Shown one piece after another: positions 10,718 through 27,847 of a stretch of DNA of 64,000 nucleotides. This DNA is from Lama glama (lineage: Eukaryota), in assembly GCA_028534125.1 (NCBI GenBank), contig CM052832.1, positions 15,316,001 to 15,380,000 of the forward strand, read 5' to 3'. Position numbers and translations under genes: made by a program. Under the pieces are notes generated by a model that was not told the DNA's origin, did not search any database, and saw only the letters and a list, made by a program, of their open reading frames with translations. Within the stretch, counting starts at the first letter, position 1. Every line of letters begins with the position of its first letter.

Positions 10718-10904
10718 GCATGAAATACACAGAAATGACTTTATTTAATATTTTAATTTCTAAAAGTCAGACTCAGGTCATGCCATTAAGGGGAAACTAA
10801 TAAAGCTCAGGGGGAGTGTGGCCATAAATACAGTAGCAAAGTGTGTGCCTTGTGTGAGTTCTATGTTCAAATTTTTATTTAGACCCACGGAATTAGAAGA
10901 TTTG

Positions 10905-11015
10905 TGCCAGCCCTTCTGTTATAGGTGAGGAAACTGAGGCCTAGAGAGATGGCACTTTTTGCCCACATGCTGAGTCAGTGGCAGAGCAAGCATTAGAATT
11001 CAGGTCTCCTGAATC
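10905..11015 (-). mobile_element. MIR SINE fragment
   Basis: ATAGGTGAGGAAACTGAGGCCTAGAGAG...GAATTCAGGTCTCCTGA (reverse MIR core). Confidence 0.7.
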
Positions 11016-14000
11016 CTGGTGCATTTTCTGTTTACTGACGAGCTTGATGTCTAATGAACCAGAGCATTTTAAGGCTTCTGCATTCAACCCCTTACTGAGT
11101 AACTTCCAGCTAGCCCTTTAACCTCAATGAGCCTTTGCAAAAGCAAGGTGGTGATATCTGCCCTGAGATCTAGGGACGGAGGCACCAGCAAAAAGCAAAT
11201 GGCTATTATTATTACCACCTTGTGACTCCACATGCTCCAGCATCTGTGGCAAAATTACATAGCTAACCCCCTTATTTCTGCCTTCTAAACAAAACTGGAT
11301 GGGAAATTTAATTCTAATTTAATCTTACGTTAATGAATGTTCATTTATCTATAAACCGGGGCCATATAGGAACCGCAGTGCCTTCCATCCATAGGTTCCC
11401 AGCAATTAGACACAGTTCCCGTTCTGTATTTCCACCCACCCAGCCACTTTGAGGGCTTAGCCACGGATAACAGTCGGAACAAGTTGACTTCCAACCCTTA
11501 AAAAGAACCCTTATTTGGGGTGCCCTGAGTGCTCCCCGAGGAACTTTACATGGGACCCAGACCCTGCACGTTCACACAATTGCCAGCGCACATACTGATC
11601 GACCCAAGCTTAGCTGCCGGTTCCTGGGAAAAGCTGCCAAGACACCCGGCAATAAATGGAGAGAGGGCTGCAGCAGGGCATGTGGGGAGAGAACGAAGGA
11701 AAAGACACAGGAATCTATCTATAAAGCATGCAATTGGAGGAACTGGATCCAGGACTCCTCCTCGCCCTTACAAGTTAGACCCAGCCAGTTCACACCATTA
11801 TCTGTAACACACTCCAAGAAGCAGAAAAACAAAATGCTCATTGTCTCTCCCTGTGGAAAACAGACTTCGTGCCTTTTCCTCATCTTCTGCTCAGGTCTGC
11901 CCTAACAGTGAAACCACCTTCCCTCATCACCAGCAGGGGGCGCCCATTTCTGGGGCTGGGGCCCCAGCACCCACGGGAATTTTCCTTAAGATGCCAGGGG
12001 TCGTAGAGCAGTATTGAAACAGGTGCTGTGGAGGGAAATGAAACCCCTAGGAGATTTTGCCCCAGATGGTCTGCATTTTTTTCAAATAGGAATTGGTTCT
12101 GCAACCACAGCACCTGGGAAGCTTGAAGGTGCTGTCTGTTCCTCAGAACAACCCTATTCAAAGCTCAGCACTACTGCTGGGTTGTCCCCAACCCTCACCT
12201 GGGGGCCTCTGATGTACTTCCTGGTAATGAGCCACAACAGGGACCCAGCCACCACCTGCTTCTGCATGCACAGTGCCCTGGCCGCCTGTTTGGATGTGTC
12301 GAAGCCTTTCTTCTCTCGTTTTTCTCCTCTTGCCAGTGTTCAATTTCTTACCATTGGCTCAAATAATTCTTTTTCTCTAACAAGCGCCACCAGTTTTCAG
12401 GATAGGGAGCTCGATTGCTTACAGGACATGCACAGCCCTGGAAGAAATTAAAATTGCGGGAGGTTGGGGAGGTTCTGAGCTGAGCCAGGAGAAAATGATT
12501 GTGTTTTCACAAAGCAGAAGTAACAAGAGACACACTCGTGATTAAAGCTAGAGGATGCCTAGACCAGGACCTAGCCAGGATCAGAGACAGGGAAAGTGCC
12601 CAGAGGAACCAGCCGGGCAAGGTTGCCGCCTCTCGTCACATCTCGCTGAGGTTTATCCAGCAAAATCTGCAAGAATCTCTCCAGATACCTGGCAATTATG
12701 GAGAGTTACCAATTACACAGCTTCATTTGGAATGTAGTTTTACACTTAGGACCACGGGGAAATTATAGGGCAACCTGAGCCTAGCTTCACAAGATGGAGA
12801 TGATGAGGTATTTTCTCGGTAACCACGTCAGTGTGATTTTATAATTACTGAGCTATGTGGATTTGCCATGAAATTGAACAGTTAAAAGCAAAGAGTAATT
12901 GCCTGATATTGGTACTCTGTAATTTAGTATAATCTAATCATGGACAAAGCCCAAAAGAAAATGTTCTGAAAGCATTACATTTTTCTTCATACACAGTTCG
13001 TTATTGACATCAGGGAATATATTTCTTGCCTCTAAAGGAACTCTTACCCACAGATATCAAGGTATGAAAGTGGCCAAAATATTGAGAGTTTTGTTTCATT
13101 TTTAGTCGATTATGAAAAGCAGGTGACATAACCGTGCATTAAACCCATTCGGACATTTCTCTGTGACTCTGACCCCTTCACTGACCTAGAGAGAGGAAAG
13201 GGTGACCCTCCTCTGCCACAGGCAGAGAGATGGGGCAACAAGGTGCTGGGTGGAGCTGGGGCCATTCCAGTTCAAATCTGAGCCCAAAATAGCACCCACA
13301 TTGTCCCCCTTTCCAACTACACTTTTCTAGTGTCCCCACCATGGTGTGATGCCACCCATGATGTGATTTGAAGGAAGCCCAGAATAGCCAAGAAGGATGC
13401 ACGAGGCCAGTGACAAAGTGGATCAAGGACAAGTCCTGGAGCATCTTTAAGGACCTGATAAATGTGTGCAGGGCTTTTCGCAAGAGGAGGAGAAAGGAAC
13501 CCACTAAAAGATTTATAGCTGTTATTATTCTAAGGCTCTGCTGAGACAGAGAGAGGTCAGCAGGATGGCAGGTAGCATGGCAGCCCTCCAGGAATCCAGG
13601 GCATCCTCCGAGCGGCTCTCATCTGTACTAAATGTGTGGCTGTGGTTACAAAGGAGATTTAGACATGGGAGCTTGTTTTTCCTCTTTTGCCTTTAATAAG
13701 TCAGAAAGACCGACCACAACCTGAGCTGCTAGCCTTAAAAAAAAAAAAAAAAGACCCACAACAAAGTGATGAGAAAGGTCACACAGGACAGACATTGACT
13801 TTGCAGTACTGCCCTGTTCTTTGACATATGTGTTCCTATACTCGACAGGCCTAGCACCACTGTGGAGACACAGAAAGGCAGATCTGAGAAGGCCCGAAGG
13901 GGCCTCATGGGCAGCTCCTGACATGCAGGCAGTGGTGACCAAGGAGCTCTGAGACGGAGCCCTCCAGAGGGGAAGACACCAGGATCACTGATGGAACTGT

Positions 14001-16004
14001 GGGTATGGTCACATGGAGGAAAGTGGACAGCAACAAATTGACTTCACTGAAGCCTGTAAAAGCACACTGAGGGCAGAGAATGTTGATGGAGGATCCTAAA
14101 GACTTACCAGTCCAGGGAAAGGGTGGACTAGAGCAGGGAGTTCAAGAGGAACATGCAAAGGCTAGAGACCTGGGAGGAATGATTGACTTGTGAGACTTTT
14201 TTCTGATTAACTTTTTCAATCAGATTGTGAGGCTTCTTCTTGGAGGAGTAGGGAAGGGAAGCAATGATGCTGTATGCTGCGAACATGATGAGATCTAGGC
14301 TAGAGGGAAGATAACAGAGGTGGGTTGGGGCTGGGGGAGGGCTGTGGGTCATCTGGCCCTGGGTGTGTGCAGCTGCTAGAACCCCTTACACAAGGAAGGC
14401 TGATAAAGCCCACACTGGGGACCACCCCTGGGGGTGGCTCCAGTTCAGTATGTTTTTTAATTGCCCTGAGATCCTCTGTGTTGAAGTAGACCGTAACTCT
14501 GCAAAATGCTGTAGTGTTAACTTTGTTTAAGCATCAGTTTCCAGCCTTCTTAGAATACACAAGGCCAGTATTGATGCCGAAAGGCTCATTCTTTATATAC
14601 TGAACTGCACAGCTGCAAGGAGTTGCACAAATGTTACCAACTCATTTGTCATGCAAACAGTGCTTCAGAAAGAAATAAAATACTATTATGTGGTATATGT
14701 GTTAGGCAATCACTATATCAAATTCATGGCATTCCGTGCAAACACAGGCAGAGAAAAGGAAAACAACACTTGGTGAGAGAAATCGCACCACATGGGAGCA
14801 GCCAAGTCGGGGGAGATGGAGAGGCTAACTCGGAAGCCTGACCAAGCCGAGGCTGTAATTTTCCAGCAATGTGGCCAGTTACAAATGTCCCTGTGATAGA
14901 GCAAGTGGCAGGAAGGCAAACACTGGCAGAGGCGCCATGCCCAGGGACCCAGGGCAGGGACAAGGAGGGTAGGCAATGGGACCATAGGGAAGGAGGGGAG
15001 ATTGGAGGAAGGGGAGAACTGAATTGGAGGGGTGAAAATGGAATGGAACCTATGGGGCTGGCAGTACTTGTTTGGGAAAGGCAGTTGATGAGGGATGTGG
15101 AAGGAAAACAAAGAAGGAGAGGGAGGTGGGAGGAAGACTATGAACCATAGTTTTATTTCCATTTGTCACCACTCCCCATGCTTCCCTTAGAGATTTCTCT
15201 GCTAACAGCCTTCATGTAATCAAATAGTATTCCTGGTGGGAGGTTCTACACCACACTGATGCTGCAGACAAATGGATTATGTATAAACACTTAGGAGCAA
15301 GTGCCAAGCACTGTCCTGAGCACCATATACAAATTACCTGTTCTAATCCTCACAGTAACTCTATGAGGTTCACTGGCCAACAAGCTAGAAATGTTTTTGT
15401 TTTTTGTTTGTTTTTAGAAATGTTAATCAGGTATGATCACATATCTAGTAGTGATGGAGTTGGGATTCGAGGAACCCCTACCTAAATCCACACACGACAC
15501 AAGGCTAGGTCCCTGGGGTCTTCCCCCACCCATCTCTGCTCAGGAAAATCCCAACATCCGACCACAGGGCCTCCTCCCACAGGCCAGAAGTGCCCATAGG
15601 AGCCCATGGGTATTTGGCTTTTCTGCCCCCATCAGGCAGGAGCTCCTTGTGGACCAGCATCTGGCCAAGGGCAGGACCTGCACCCTTTTGAGGCTCAATA
15701 TCAACGATTGAACGAAGAGCCAGGAAAACACAGAGGCCTGCTGGCCATGCTCTGTGGTCGGACAGGGTCCCAGAGCATGCCTGGGGTCCACTCCAAGACC
15801 CAAAAAAGGCCCTTCCCTGAGCACATTGGTCCCCAAGCCAGAAAGAGGCAAAGGATTCTGTCTCCCCACTTTGGGTAGTGACTTGTCTTTCACCATCAAG
15901 CAATTCATCCGTTAAATCAACATTTTATTGAGTGCCTACCACGTGCCAGGGACTGCGCAGGGAGCGGAGGATTCAGAGATAAACACCGCGTGGTCTACAG
16001 ATGA

Positions 16005-17306
<1,302 letters not shown>

Positions 17307-18695
17307 TAGTCACTTTCACTTTTCCCTCTCCAGAGAAAGCCCTCTTACACACTCCTCTAACAGGCCCACCCCCATTCCTTTGTAGTTCTTTCTTCCCTTT
17401 TGATTTCTTGCTCATTCACACATTAGTGCCCATTTGAAGGCACCTTAGGTGTCACTGCTCACAGATAGGAACTGGTTGGAGTCCCAAATTTGCAGCACCA
17501 AAAAGGCCACATACTACACTTCTTTGGACCACAGGACCCTCATTTCTCTAAAGGAGATTATGCTAGCCCTGCCAATGAGACAGGTGTGAAAGAACCCTTT
17601 AAAGAGATTAAACTGATGTAAATGGTGACATTTATCATTGCAGCACCTTCCTAGAGTGTGTTAAGAGAGAGCCCTGTGACTCAAGGACATTCCCAGCCTT
17701 GCTTCTGTCCACATTTAGTTATGTGATGAGACATGCCAATAAGAGGTCTGCAGGATACAGTATGTTAACAAATAGTTAAGGATTTGTGTATTTCCTGAAA
17801 GGGAAATTACCTTCTCCCATAATCCTTGGCTCTAGTCTAATAGGAAACAGTATAGATATCAATTCATTATAAATTTAACTACAAGCGACTCCTGTTCACA
17901 AGTTTAATATTCTCTGCAAAGAATGAAAGTGATTAATACTGTGCCCAGCCTTGAGCCCAGGCCACATCTTTGAACGCCTAGCAGAAACTATGAGAATGCA
18001 GGGGAAAGCTAAATTATGTCCTAGCTGTTGCAACAGATGGATGTTTGGGTGTACGAACAAGTCTGTGGGCATGGGGATCCCAGACTTGTGCACAGACTCA
18101 ATTTCTTGACTATGAGAGCAGTTTATCCACCTGCTAGTCAAGCTAAGCAGACCCAGGTGTGTCATGGCACTGCAGTGGTGCTGTAACTATGCTGGTAATG
18201 TCAAACAGTATTACTGTCATACTCACTGCTGAGATGCTTAAAGACAACATCTTTACATATACTGGGATTTACCCAGAGTTCCCCACCCATGATGGTATCA
18301 ATCCCTGTTTAACATATCATTGTTTACAATTTACAAAACCATCGTGTTTGTTATCTTGTGTGAGGCTAAGTCTGAGTTAAGCAAGGAAGGCTTTAGTGAT
18401 CCTATATTATGATGATGAAGAAATAGAGGTTTTTGAGTAGTTGCCCAAGATCCCACGGGTAAACATTCTCAGCTGGGATTAGGATCCTGCTGTCCTAATT
18501 CCTAATCCAGGACTGGGAACCTCTTACATTGTACTGTCTGCATTATTTAAATGCTTCATTTAGATGACATCTTTCTAATCCTTACCTTTAAGTTGCTAAT
18601 GTTTAACTTCCCCTAAATTTTGAGAGCAGTCCCTGTTTGTACCCTTTTCTTCAGCCCACACTTTTAATTTCCTCTGTTTCTTTTCTTGGTCTCAG

Positions 18696-18736
18696 TGAAA
18701 TTATTGCCAGTGGACTGTGAGAGAAAAACAGATGAG
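18696..18736 (+). CDS. LEMD2: LEMD2 exon 2
   Basis: CTCAG|TG...GAG|GTGAGT; (M)KLLPVDCERKTDE; 41 nt, phase-compatible with exons 1 and 3. Confidence 0.93.
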
Positions 18737-21678
18737 GTGAGTGTGAGTTTCTCTAGCCTTTGTAATTCCTCCCAAGGATGTTAGCCTCCATTAGGAGATA
18801 AACTTGCCCAGAAAAAAGATCATAATAGGATCATTTTCAGAAGTGCTTCCTGTAATGTACTAGAATCATATCATGTTCTGTGATGTTTGTGTCAGGCTCA
18901 ATTGTGGCAGTGAAGGAGTACTTGAAACAGAATTGAGCTCCCAAGATCCAACCCTGGGCATATTACAGGAGCTCTCCCATCAGTCACAGCATTGAGGACT
19001 TTGATCTTCTGCCTAAGTCGGTCTGGGGGGATGCAGTAGGTTGTGGTTGAAGGACCTCTCCAGCTCCCTGGGTTCAGGAGGAAGGGCTGACCACTTTTTA
19101 AGCATCAGGAGGCCAGGTTCTCCATTCTGCATTCTCCAGTAGTATATCTGTGGCTCTGAAAATGCTGTTCTGGTTTGAAACGTCATTGAGGGGGTTGTTT
19201 TAAAGACATCTGAAGTGGAGTTAGCCCTCTTAGTCTGTAGATTTTTTTATGAAGCTTTAATGTTTCCTACAAATAATATTTGGAGAAGGTGAGCAGCCCC
19301 GTCCATTTACGAGTCATGAAAACAGCATTAGTGAGGAGCTGGGATGCTGGTACGGTTGGTATTTTGGGGAAGAGACGGGGCTATAAATTTTCAGGTTATA
19401 AATCCTACCAGGAGGAGCCTTGTGCTGCCAGAGGGCATGACTTAGTAGTCTAATTATTACGTGTGCGATGCCAGGCCTCCCCGAACCCTCAGTGCACATC
19501 TCTAGGAGCCTGGGGGCTGGGAGAGAAACCACACATGGTCATTCCTACACCCCTGCGTTGACTCTCTTACCTGCGTTAATGACGGGGCATCCTGATTCAA
19601 CCAGTTTTATTTCTCTATGGCTCTTGCCATGTCATATTTGAGGGTGTTTTTATTACATTTATTTATTGCATTCATCCACCAGATATCTTTGCTTCCCTAT
19701 TGTTTTGTTAAAATAGATTCATAGTAAGTATACTCTGCTGCCTATCATAAAAGCTACAGTTGACGATTAAAGGAAGTGGCCCAGAAACATAGCCAGAAGG
19801 GGAAATGAGAATTTTGAAGGCTGAAAACAAAACGAGGAAAAAATTAACTTTTCTGTAAGGCTTCTCTGGTGATGTTAGTTTGTTTGTCTTTTACTTAGAA
19901 ACGGATTCCCTGGTTTCTATTTCTTGGTCCAGCATGCTTGTAACTTCAGAGCACAGAAAGGCAGGGTCTGGGCCGCGTCATCTCAGGCTCCCATCAGTTG
20001 CTGTGTTGGGCTTGGTTGAGCTGAGATTTCGTGGGGTGCCTTTGGCCTTCAGGGAGGTAGGGCACTTCTTGGTTTTGGTTAGGCTCTTGCTGAAAGTCTC
20101 ATTCTTTGGGTGGCCCAGGCTCACCCAGAACCCAGAGGGGTATTTGAGTTTCAGATATACGTGTTCTTTCCCTTCTCAGCCAACTATGATACTGTTTTTC
20201 TTTCTGCCTTTGTGCTACTGAAACCATGGGGATAAGCTGGGAGTGGGTGTGTTGTCTTAATCAGGCTGTCTCGTCGTCTGGTACCTTCTGTCCTTTAGGT
20301 GGTATCAGCCCTGCTTTGCCAAAATGTCTGTGAGTTTGGAACACTGTTAATTGTTACTGCTTTTTTTTGTGTTTGTGACAATGATAGATGTTGAATGTAG
20401 AAGATTTGAAAAATGTGACAAAAGTCACCAATGATTCTACCACATAGAGATAATCACTACTAACGTTTTGGGAACATTTCCTTCCCACTTTATCTCTCTA
20501 TGTGTGTCTGTAGAATGGGGTGAGATCTCTGTATATTTAGTTACATTTAACACTTAATTTTCAACTTTTCCCATATTGTTAAATATTTTTAAAGTAGTTG
20601 GGGTTTCTAACTCTACTAGTGAGTTGTTTCCGAACATTTCTAGTCATGTGCGTAAATCTTGGTTACATCATTTAGTGCCTTGTCAAGGCTTAAGGTCTTT
20701 AGGCACTATGAGGGGACACACCTTGGTCTCTGAGACTGTTAGAAACCAAATCGGATCATGGCAACAAGTAAGCCCCGAGAAGCAAGGCAACTTTGGTTCC
20801 TTCTGTAGTCGTGGATCCAGGTCCAGAACCCAGACTTTCACCTTCTGGTCCAGGGCTCCACCTGGTGACAATCCAGAGGAGGCCCGGAGGTGGAGGTGAG
20901 GTGGGCTTGGAGTCGGCTGGCCAGACGCGATATGGCTCCACCACTTATGAGCTGAGGGATCTTGGTGGCCTACTAAGGTCTCTAAACCTTGGGCTCCTTG
21001 CCTGGGAAATAGGGGTGCAGTGAGGATTCAGTGCTCACTCATGTGTAGACCACTCAGCACAGCCTCCGGCCTGTCGGCCACTCAAGGAAAAGCAGCCTTT
21101 TTATAATGTTCTAAATCCAGAAAGTCTAGCAAAATGGTGTTATCCTATTACAGGTGCTAGCGGAGTAGGTTTACAGATACTCCTGTTTTCACATGCAGAT
21201 TACGTCTTTCTCCCTCCAGTTTGCTTGAAATTTTCCATTTCTAGGGCAGTCCAGTCTAAGATGAAACATTTACAGCAGATAATCTGCAAAGTAGGCAGTC
21301 CATAGGAAGGTGGTAGACACCTGACTCCAAAAACAGATGGGGGGCCCACGGCAGAGGCAAGACCGCGTTGTGCAGCACCTGCTCTTCCCTCTGAGGAGGC
21401 TGGGCTTCTGCGTTTTCCCACAGCCACGTTGCCTCTGCTCCACAGCCCCAGTGAATGGCCTTTATTCTGGCGGGAACCGCAGGGCAGAGGCCTGGGAGCC
21501 TCCAGGGGGACAGACTGCTTTCAGTCTGCCTCACTTTTACGGTGTTCTTTCAGTCAGTTACCCTGGTATTTATCGACCCCATCCCTGGGCCCAGCACCAC
21601 TTGGCAGAATTTGTTGGTGTTTTTTCCTTAAAGTATGAGGTATGACTTGCTGCTTAATACTGGATGGTGAAGGGGTAA

Positions 21679-21822
<144 letters not shown>

Positions 21823-22944
21823 TAGGTCTCATGAGGCTTGGGATTCCGTGTGCACAGGTTGTGGGCCGAGGCTGGCAGTGGGAAGCCGAGACGCTCTGTG
21901 GTCGTCTCCCAGAAGACACACTCAGAAACCAAGTCTCACCTTCCCCGCTTCCCCACTCAAGACACATCCTTTTTAAGTCTTGTGTCTGGGCAAAACACAT
22001 TTGGTTCTGTGAGGGTCCCAGAGGTCCTGGCACATGCATGGGCCTTTCAGCAGATGCTCTCCCTTCTCTGGGATGCCCCCCAGCTAATATTTTGGGGGTC
22101 CATGTTGCATTGGAAGGGGCCAGGCTCCAGGTCTTCTCAATCTGGTTCCTCCAACCTGGAGGGCCTCCCTACACCAAGTGGTCAGCCAGGCTAGGTGGAG
22201 AGGCCTGTGCAGGGGGCAGGCGTTCTGAGGGGTAGGCCGAGGACACTTAGGCCTGTCCAGCCCGCCAGGGTCCTGGTGTCTCCATCTGGCTGTGGGATGT
22301 CAGATAAATCTCTGATATCTTAGAGCCTTGGTCTCTCCATTTGACTGAGTCATCTTGGGTCTGTCTTTTCTTGACAAAATGAAAGTCAAGTGCTGTTCTC
22401 TAGAGGAGAGCATTCCCAACACCCTCATGAAACCCCCTCTGAAAACTCCTCCATCCAGGAGGCTCCCTCCCCCCTGTTTTATTTGGTAAACTCATTCCTT
22501 GAGGCCAGAGTTGACACCTGAATTATACTGTGTCCTCCCCGACACCTGGTGTCAAGGAGGCTCTCAAAATCACTGATGACATAGGTGAGTGCTCAGGGCT
22601 TGTGCCTGTGTTAAATATATTTGGCACAAGAACCAGATGGAGCTGTTAGGTCTGTGGGATGTTCAGGAGGTGCCTCTCCCATGCAGGGCCAACCCTTGTC
22701 TAAGGTTGTCACTGGCAAATCAAGGTTGGGTGGACTTAGACTGGACCCTCAGTTCTCAGGGCCAATCTTGTGGGCCTCAGCTCTGCCTCCTCTTTCCTCC
22801 TGACTGGTGGGAGGCTGAAGGTGGTCAGGGAGGCATCTGAGAGATGTAGGAGTTGGGGCTTACAGCATCACAGTCATCGCGGGCATTTCTCTTATGGCTC
22901 AGGTGCTTGGGATATACATTCTGGCCTAAGGGGGTGTTCTAAAC

Positions 22945-23036
22945 CTTTGTGATTCAATTGTGGTCCAAGGACCAGCAGCATCCATGTCACCTGGAAGCCT
23001 GTTGGAAATACAGAATCTCAAGTCCCATCCCAAACC
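22945..23036. mobile_element. MER5A-like hAT-Charlie DNA transposon fragment
   Basis: TGTGGTCCAAGGACCAGCAGCATCCATGTCACCTGGAAGCCTGTTGGAAATACAGAATCTCAAGTCCCATCCC resembles the MER5A consensus. Confidence 0.7.
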
Positions 23037-23539
23037 ACAGCTAGGGCCTTTTCAGAGGGAGTGGCCTTGGGCCAGGCCTGGAGACCTGGGCATACTCGGG
23101 GAGAGGCTCCCAGCTCCAACCTAGCGGGGAGCCAACGACCAGGGCGCTCAGAAGGGAGCTTTGGAGCACCACGCCAGGGCCCCACTGCCCAGCACAGAGA
23201 CCCATCCTCTGGGGGGCATTTTGGACATCCTCCCCAGGGCCCTGCAAAACTATGGGCCTGGTGTTCCAGGTCACCTGCCAGCCCATGTTGTGAGTCGGAG
23301 TCCCTGCAATGCCGTGGTCTCTCCGCTTTCTCTTTCCTGGGCTGTGTTTATTTATAGTGCCGCCCCAGTACCTTCCAAAGCTGTCTGTCTGATCCTTTTA
23401 GGGATCAACTGCAAACAGACCTTGGTATTGGGCCGCTTTTTAGTCATTTAATGCAAATCACCGCACCGCTTTGCAGGTCAGGTTTTAATGATCTGGAATC
23501 GATCCAAGCTAAGAGGCTTTTGATCTCACTGCAGAGTGA

Positions 23540-23932
<393 letters not shown>

Positions 23933-24002
23933 TAGGCTACTTTAAGTGAAGGCAGGCGCCGAGGTAGGGGTGACTGGGAGCCAGAGCCGGGCCTGCCGGG
24001 CA

Positions 24003-24042
24003 GCTCACTCCTGACCTGCTGCTCACTCCTGACCTGCTGCTC
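24003..24042. repeat. 18-bp tandem duplication
   Basis: GCTCACTCCTGACCTGCT twice (24003-24020, 24021-24038) plus a partial GCTC. Confidence 0.9.
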
Positions 24043-24239
24043 CTGGACCAGCTGGCCTGGGCTGTGGCTGCTGCCCTTTCCTTAAATGGCCCTGTGACTT
24101 GCTCCTCCTTAGCTCACTTTTGCCCCTCCCCCCAAGTCTCAGCAGCTTTAAGACGTTTAACCTGCCATTCTCTCCCCTCAGGATGACCTCTGGGTCACTC
24201 AAGGTCCGTTTTGATCCTCCGTGTGGCCACAGGATGATA

Positions 24240-24365
24240 GAATTATAGATCTTAGGAACTAGCAGAAACCGTAGGGACCACCTAGTCCAATTTTCATTTC
24301 ACAGATAAGGAAATTGAGGCCCAGAGAGGGGCAGGAATTTGCCCAAGGCCACACAGCTGGGACTG
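24240..24365 (-). mobile_element. MIR SINE fragment
   Basis: CATTTCACAGATAAGGAAATTGAGGCCCAGAGAGGGGCAGGAATTTGCCCAAGGCCACACAGC. Confidence 0.8.
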
Positions 24366-24631
24366 GCCTTTGGCCCCCTCCAACGCATGCACTTTTCCGT
24401 CTTAACAGCTGCCGGCTATTTCACTTAGTGCCACAGTCCTTGAGAAAATTACATTCTTTCAGCTGTTTCAGACCTGCGTTGTTTTCCTGTGTGTGCTTCC
24501 GCATCACCTCCTCTGGTTACAGCCTGTTCGCTGGCTCTCATCAGCCCCAGATTTCCTTCCTGCCAGTTTGCTGTGCATTTAGTGGAGCAGGGCTTTGGGG
24601 CATGCGAAAGATACAGAGAGGGCTCCCTTAA

Positions 24632-24787
<156 letters not shown>

Positions 24788-26268
24788 TGAGTATAGGTGG
24801 GGTGTCCTTAGGCGCCCGCGACCACATCCTCACCCATCAGCTGTCTCTTGCGCTCCAACAGAGGTGTCTCAGGCCTGAAGTTAGAGGGCAGGTCTCCCAG
24901 TGGGGTTGTTGGTGAGCTTGGCATGAAGCTGGGCAGCAGAAGGAGAAGCATTAGGAATGCAGACTAAGGAGCAGTTCTAAGATGAGACACGAAAACCCAG
25001 GTACTGGGACGTTCACCTCGTGTTCTGGCTAAACCTGTCTTAAGGAACTCAGTCTGTGCCCCTTTAACTCACTGGTCCCTCATAGTTTGCTGGAGAAGGC
25101 ATTTTTCTGTACTTTCTTCTCTTGGTGCTAGTTTTTATTTGTAGATGAAATGATTCTGTATGTTGGATTTACTCAGTATGGAAATTGTAAAAAGAAAGAC
25201 TGGATTTTATTCCAACTGGGCAGTTCTGCCTTGTTTCTATCTCTGGCGAGTACCCGTTAACTGAGATAGTAAGCCCTTCACCTTCCTGAAAGGCCCCATC
25301 TGGCTGCTGATCCCAGGGGTTTGGGAGGTACCAGCCACTAGGCAGACACCAAGAATCCCCTGCTGGAGAGACACTCGCCTCATCACCCCCTCCCACTCGG
25401 GGTTTGTTAGGGCCTCTGTTCAGGTTACAGCTCCTGATATTAAAGCACACTCTAGGGTTTTGTTCTCTTCCTCTCTAATCCACCCAAATTACTAATTCCT
25501 CAGCACTGCATCCAGCAGAAGCCCCCCAGGCAACTCAGCCAAAAGCTTGATGACTAGATGCATGGCAGGATTAAAATTCGTTGGCTTAAAAAAAAAATTA
25601 AGCTTCTCTGAGTGGCTGAGTGATTTTCCCATGTGTTAGAAAAGGCAGAGAACACACATTTTATCCTCAGCAGCGCTGAAGCTGCTAACACAGACGAATG
25701 ATGACACTGCCTTTTCACGTTGGGGAGGGCAGCCTGGGGGTGGGGGGCTGAGCCCAGCTCCCATGACCAGTGTTAAAAGTGGGTCGTGAGAAATCGGGGC
25801 AGTCCAGAGCAGGAGCTTGTCACCTCACAAAGGAGATGCGGGTGTTGGGGTCCCCACATGTCCTGATGCCACCCCGCTGGGGCCAGGGCAGAGGCGCTGT
25901 GGCTGAGGTCTGCCTCCAAGGGCCTGACGGTTTTCATTCTCCTGAGCCTCGTGGCACCCCATGGTCTCTACACTTAAACAGCTTATGTGCCTCCTCGTCA
26001 CGGAGGAAAAGCACACCCTCCCAGACTTTCTGTCCACGCCATGCCGTGCAAAGCTAGCGATTCAGTAAACATTTCCATTTCTCTGTCCTGGGAGGTGAGG
26101 ATCCAATTTACAGTTTAATCTTCCACACGCTGAGAGGGTCTGTCAAAAACCCAACAGAGGGGGACGTCACTTTAGCAGTAGGGGTTCAAGCCTGCTGCCG
26201 TCTTTAAAGCTTTATTCTTTCTAAGTAGTCTACGTGGGAAATTTCTGGAAAGAGTGCAACCAGGATAG

Positions 26269-26640
<372 letters not shown>

Positions 26641-27530
26641 TGATGAGTTATAGAAACCCTGGCCAGGAGCGTTCATTTCTGTCTAGTGCACCTGAGGTCT
26701 GCCTAATAAAATAGGAGATGAACAAGTCAGCCTCTGCCATGAGTTGTCTTTACCTTTGGAGATTGGGTACCTGGAGCGTGAAGATAACTAGAAAATGTCC
26801 TTGATTTGGGGCAGGGGACCATCAGCATCCCCAAGAGAGAGCCTGGCCTGGCCTGGAGGTGGGCATTGTCCTTTCCAGGACCACAGAGTGCCGGCTGCTC
26901 CGAGGGGGAGACACAGCAGGAGCTTGGCCTAATTTTACTCTCTGAACAATATAAGCATCTCCTCAGGAGCTACAGATGCCTGATGAAAGCAGGCAGGGCC
27001 CAGGGTGCTGAGCTGCAAAGGAGAGTGCAGGTCTTGTCTCCTGACCTCAGGGGCTGCCTTTGAGTGGAGACCTCGGGGTGTCTCTGAAGGCAGAAGGCTA
27101 CGTCACAGAAAATGCAGGCTCTGCAGAGAGAGCCAGATTCCAAATCACAGGCCTTCTAGGCGTGCACACAGCTCCCTCACCCACCCCGGCCGGCACAGAC
27201 ATCATTATCGGCAGCTGCATCTCAGAATACAAAGAGCCTGCATGTATATATGTATGAAACGCTGGTTCTGGTTCACAAGGGAGGAGATGAAAGCCCCGGA
27301 ATGAGGCTGGGAGGAGCTGAGATCCGGTGGCTGGGGATGCCTCTGTGGTGACAGCCGGCGGGAGAAGGATGATCACTTAATAGGCTGTCCTCCCTTTGCA
27401 TTTCCACATCCTTTGTTTCCTGCTTGCTAGCCCTGGTTCTGACACACAGTAGGTACCCAGGACACCCTCGGCCTCCAGCTCAGCAACTTGCCCTTGTGAC
27501 AGCCAGTGAGCCCCTGAACGGCGAAGGTGA

Positions 27531-27847
<317 letters not shown>

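Noticed and set aside
14960..15140. Purine-rich GGA/GGGA tract upstream of LEMD2
   Set aside because: Irregular low-complexity sequence without a clear mirror repeat or regular G-quadruplex spacing.
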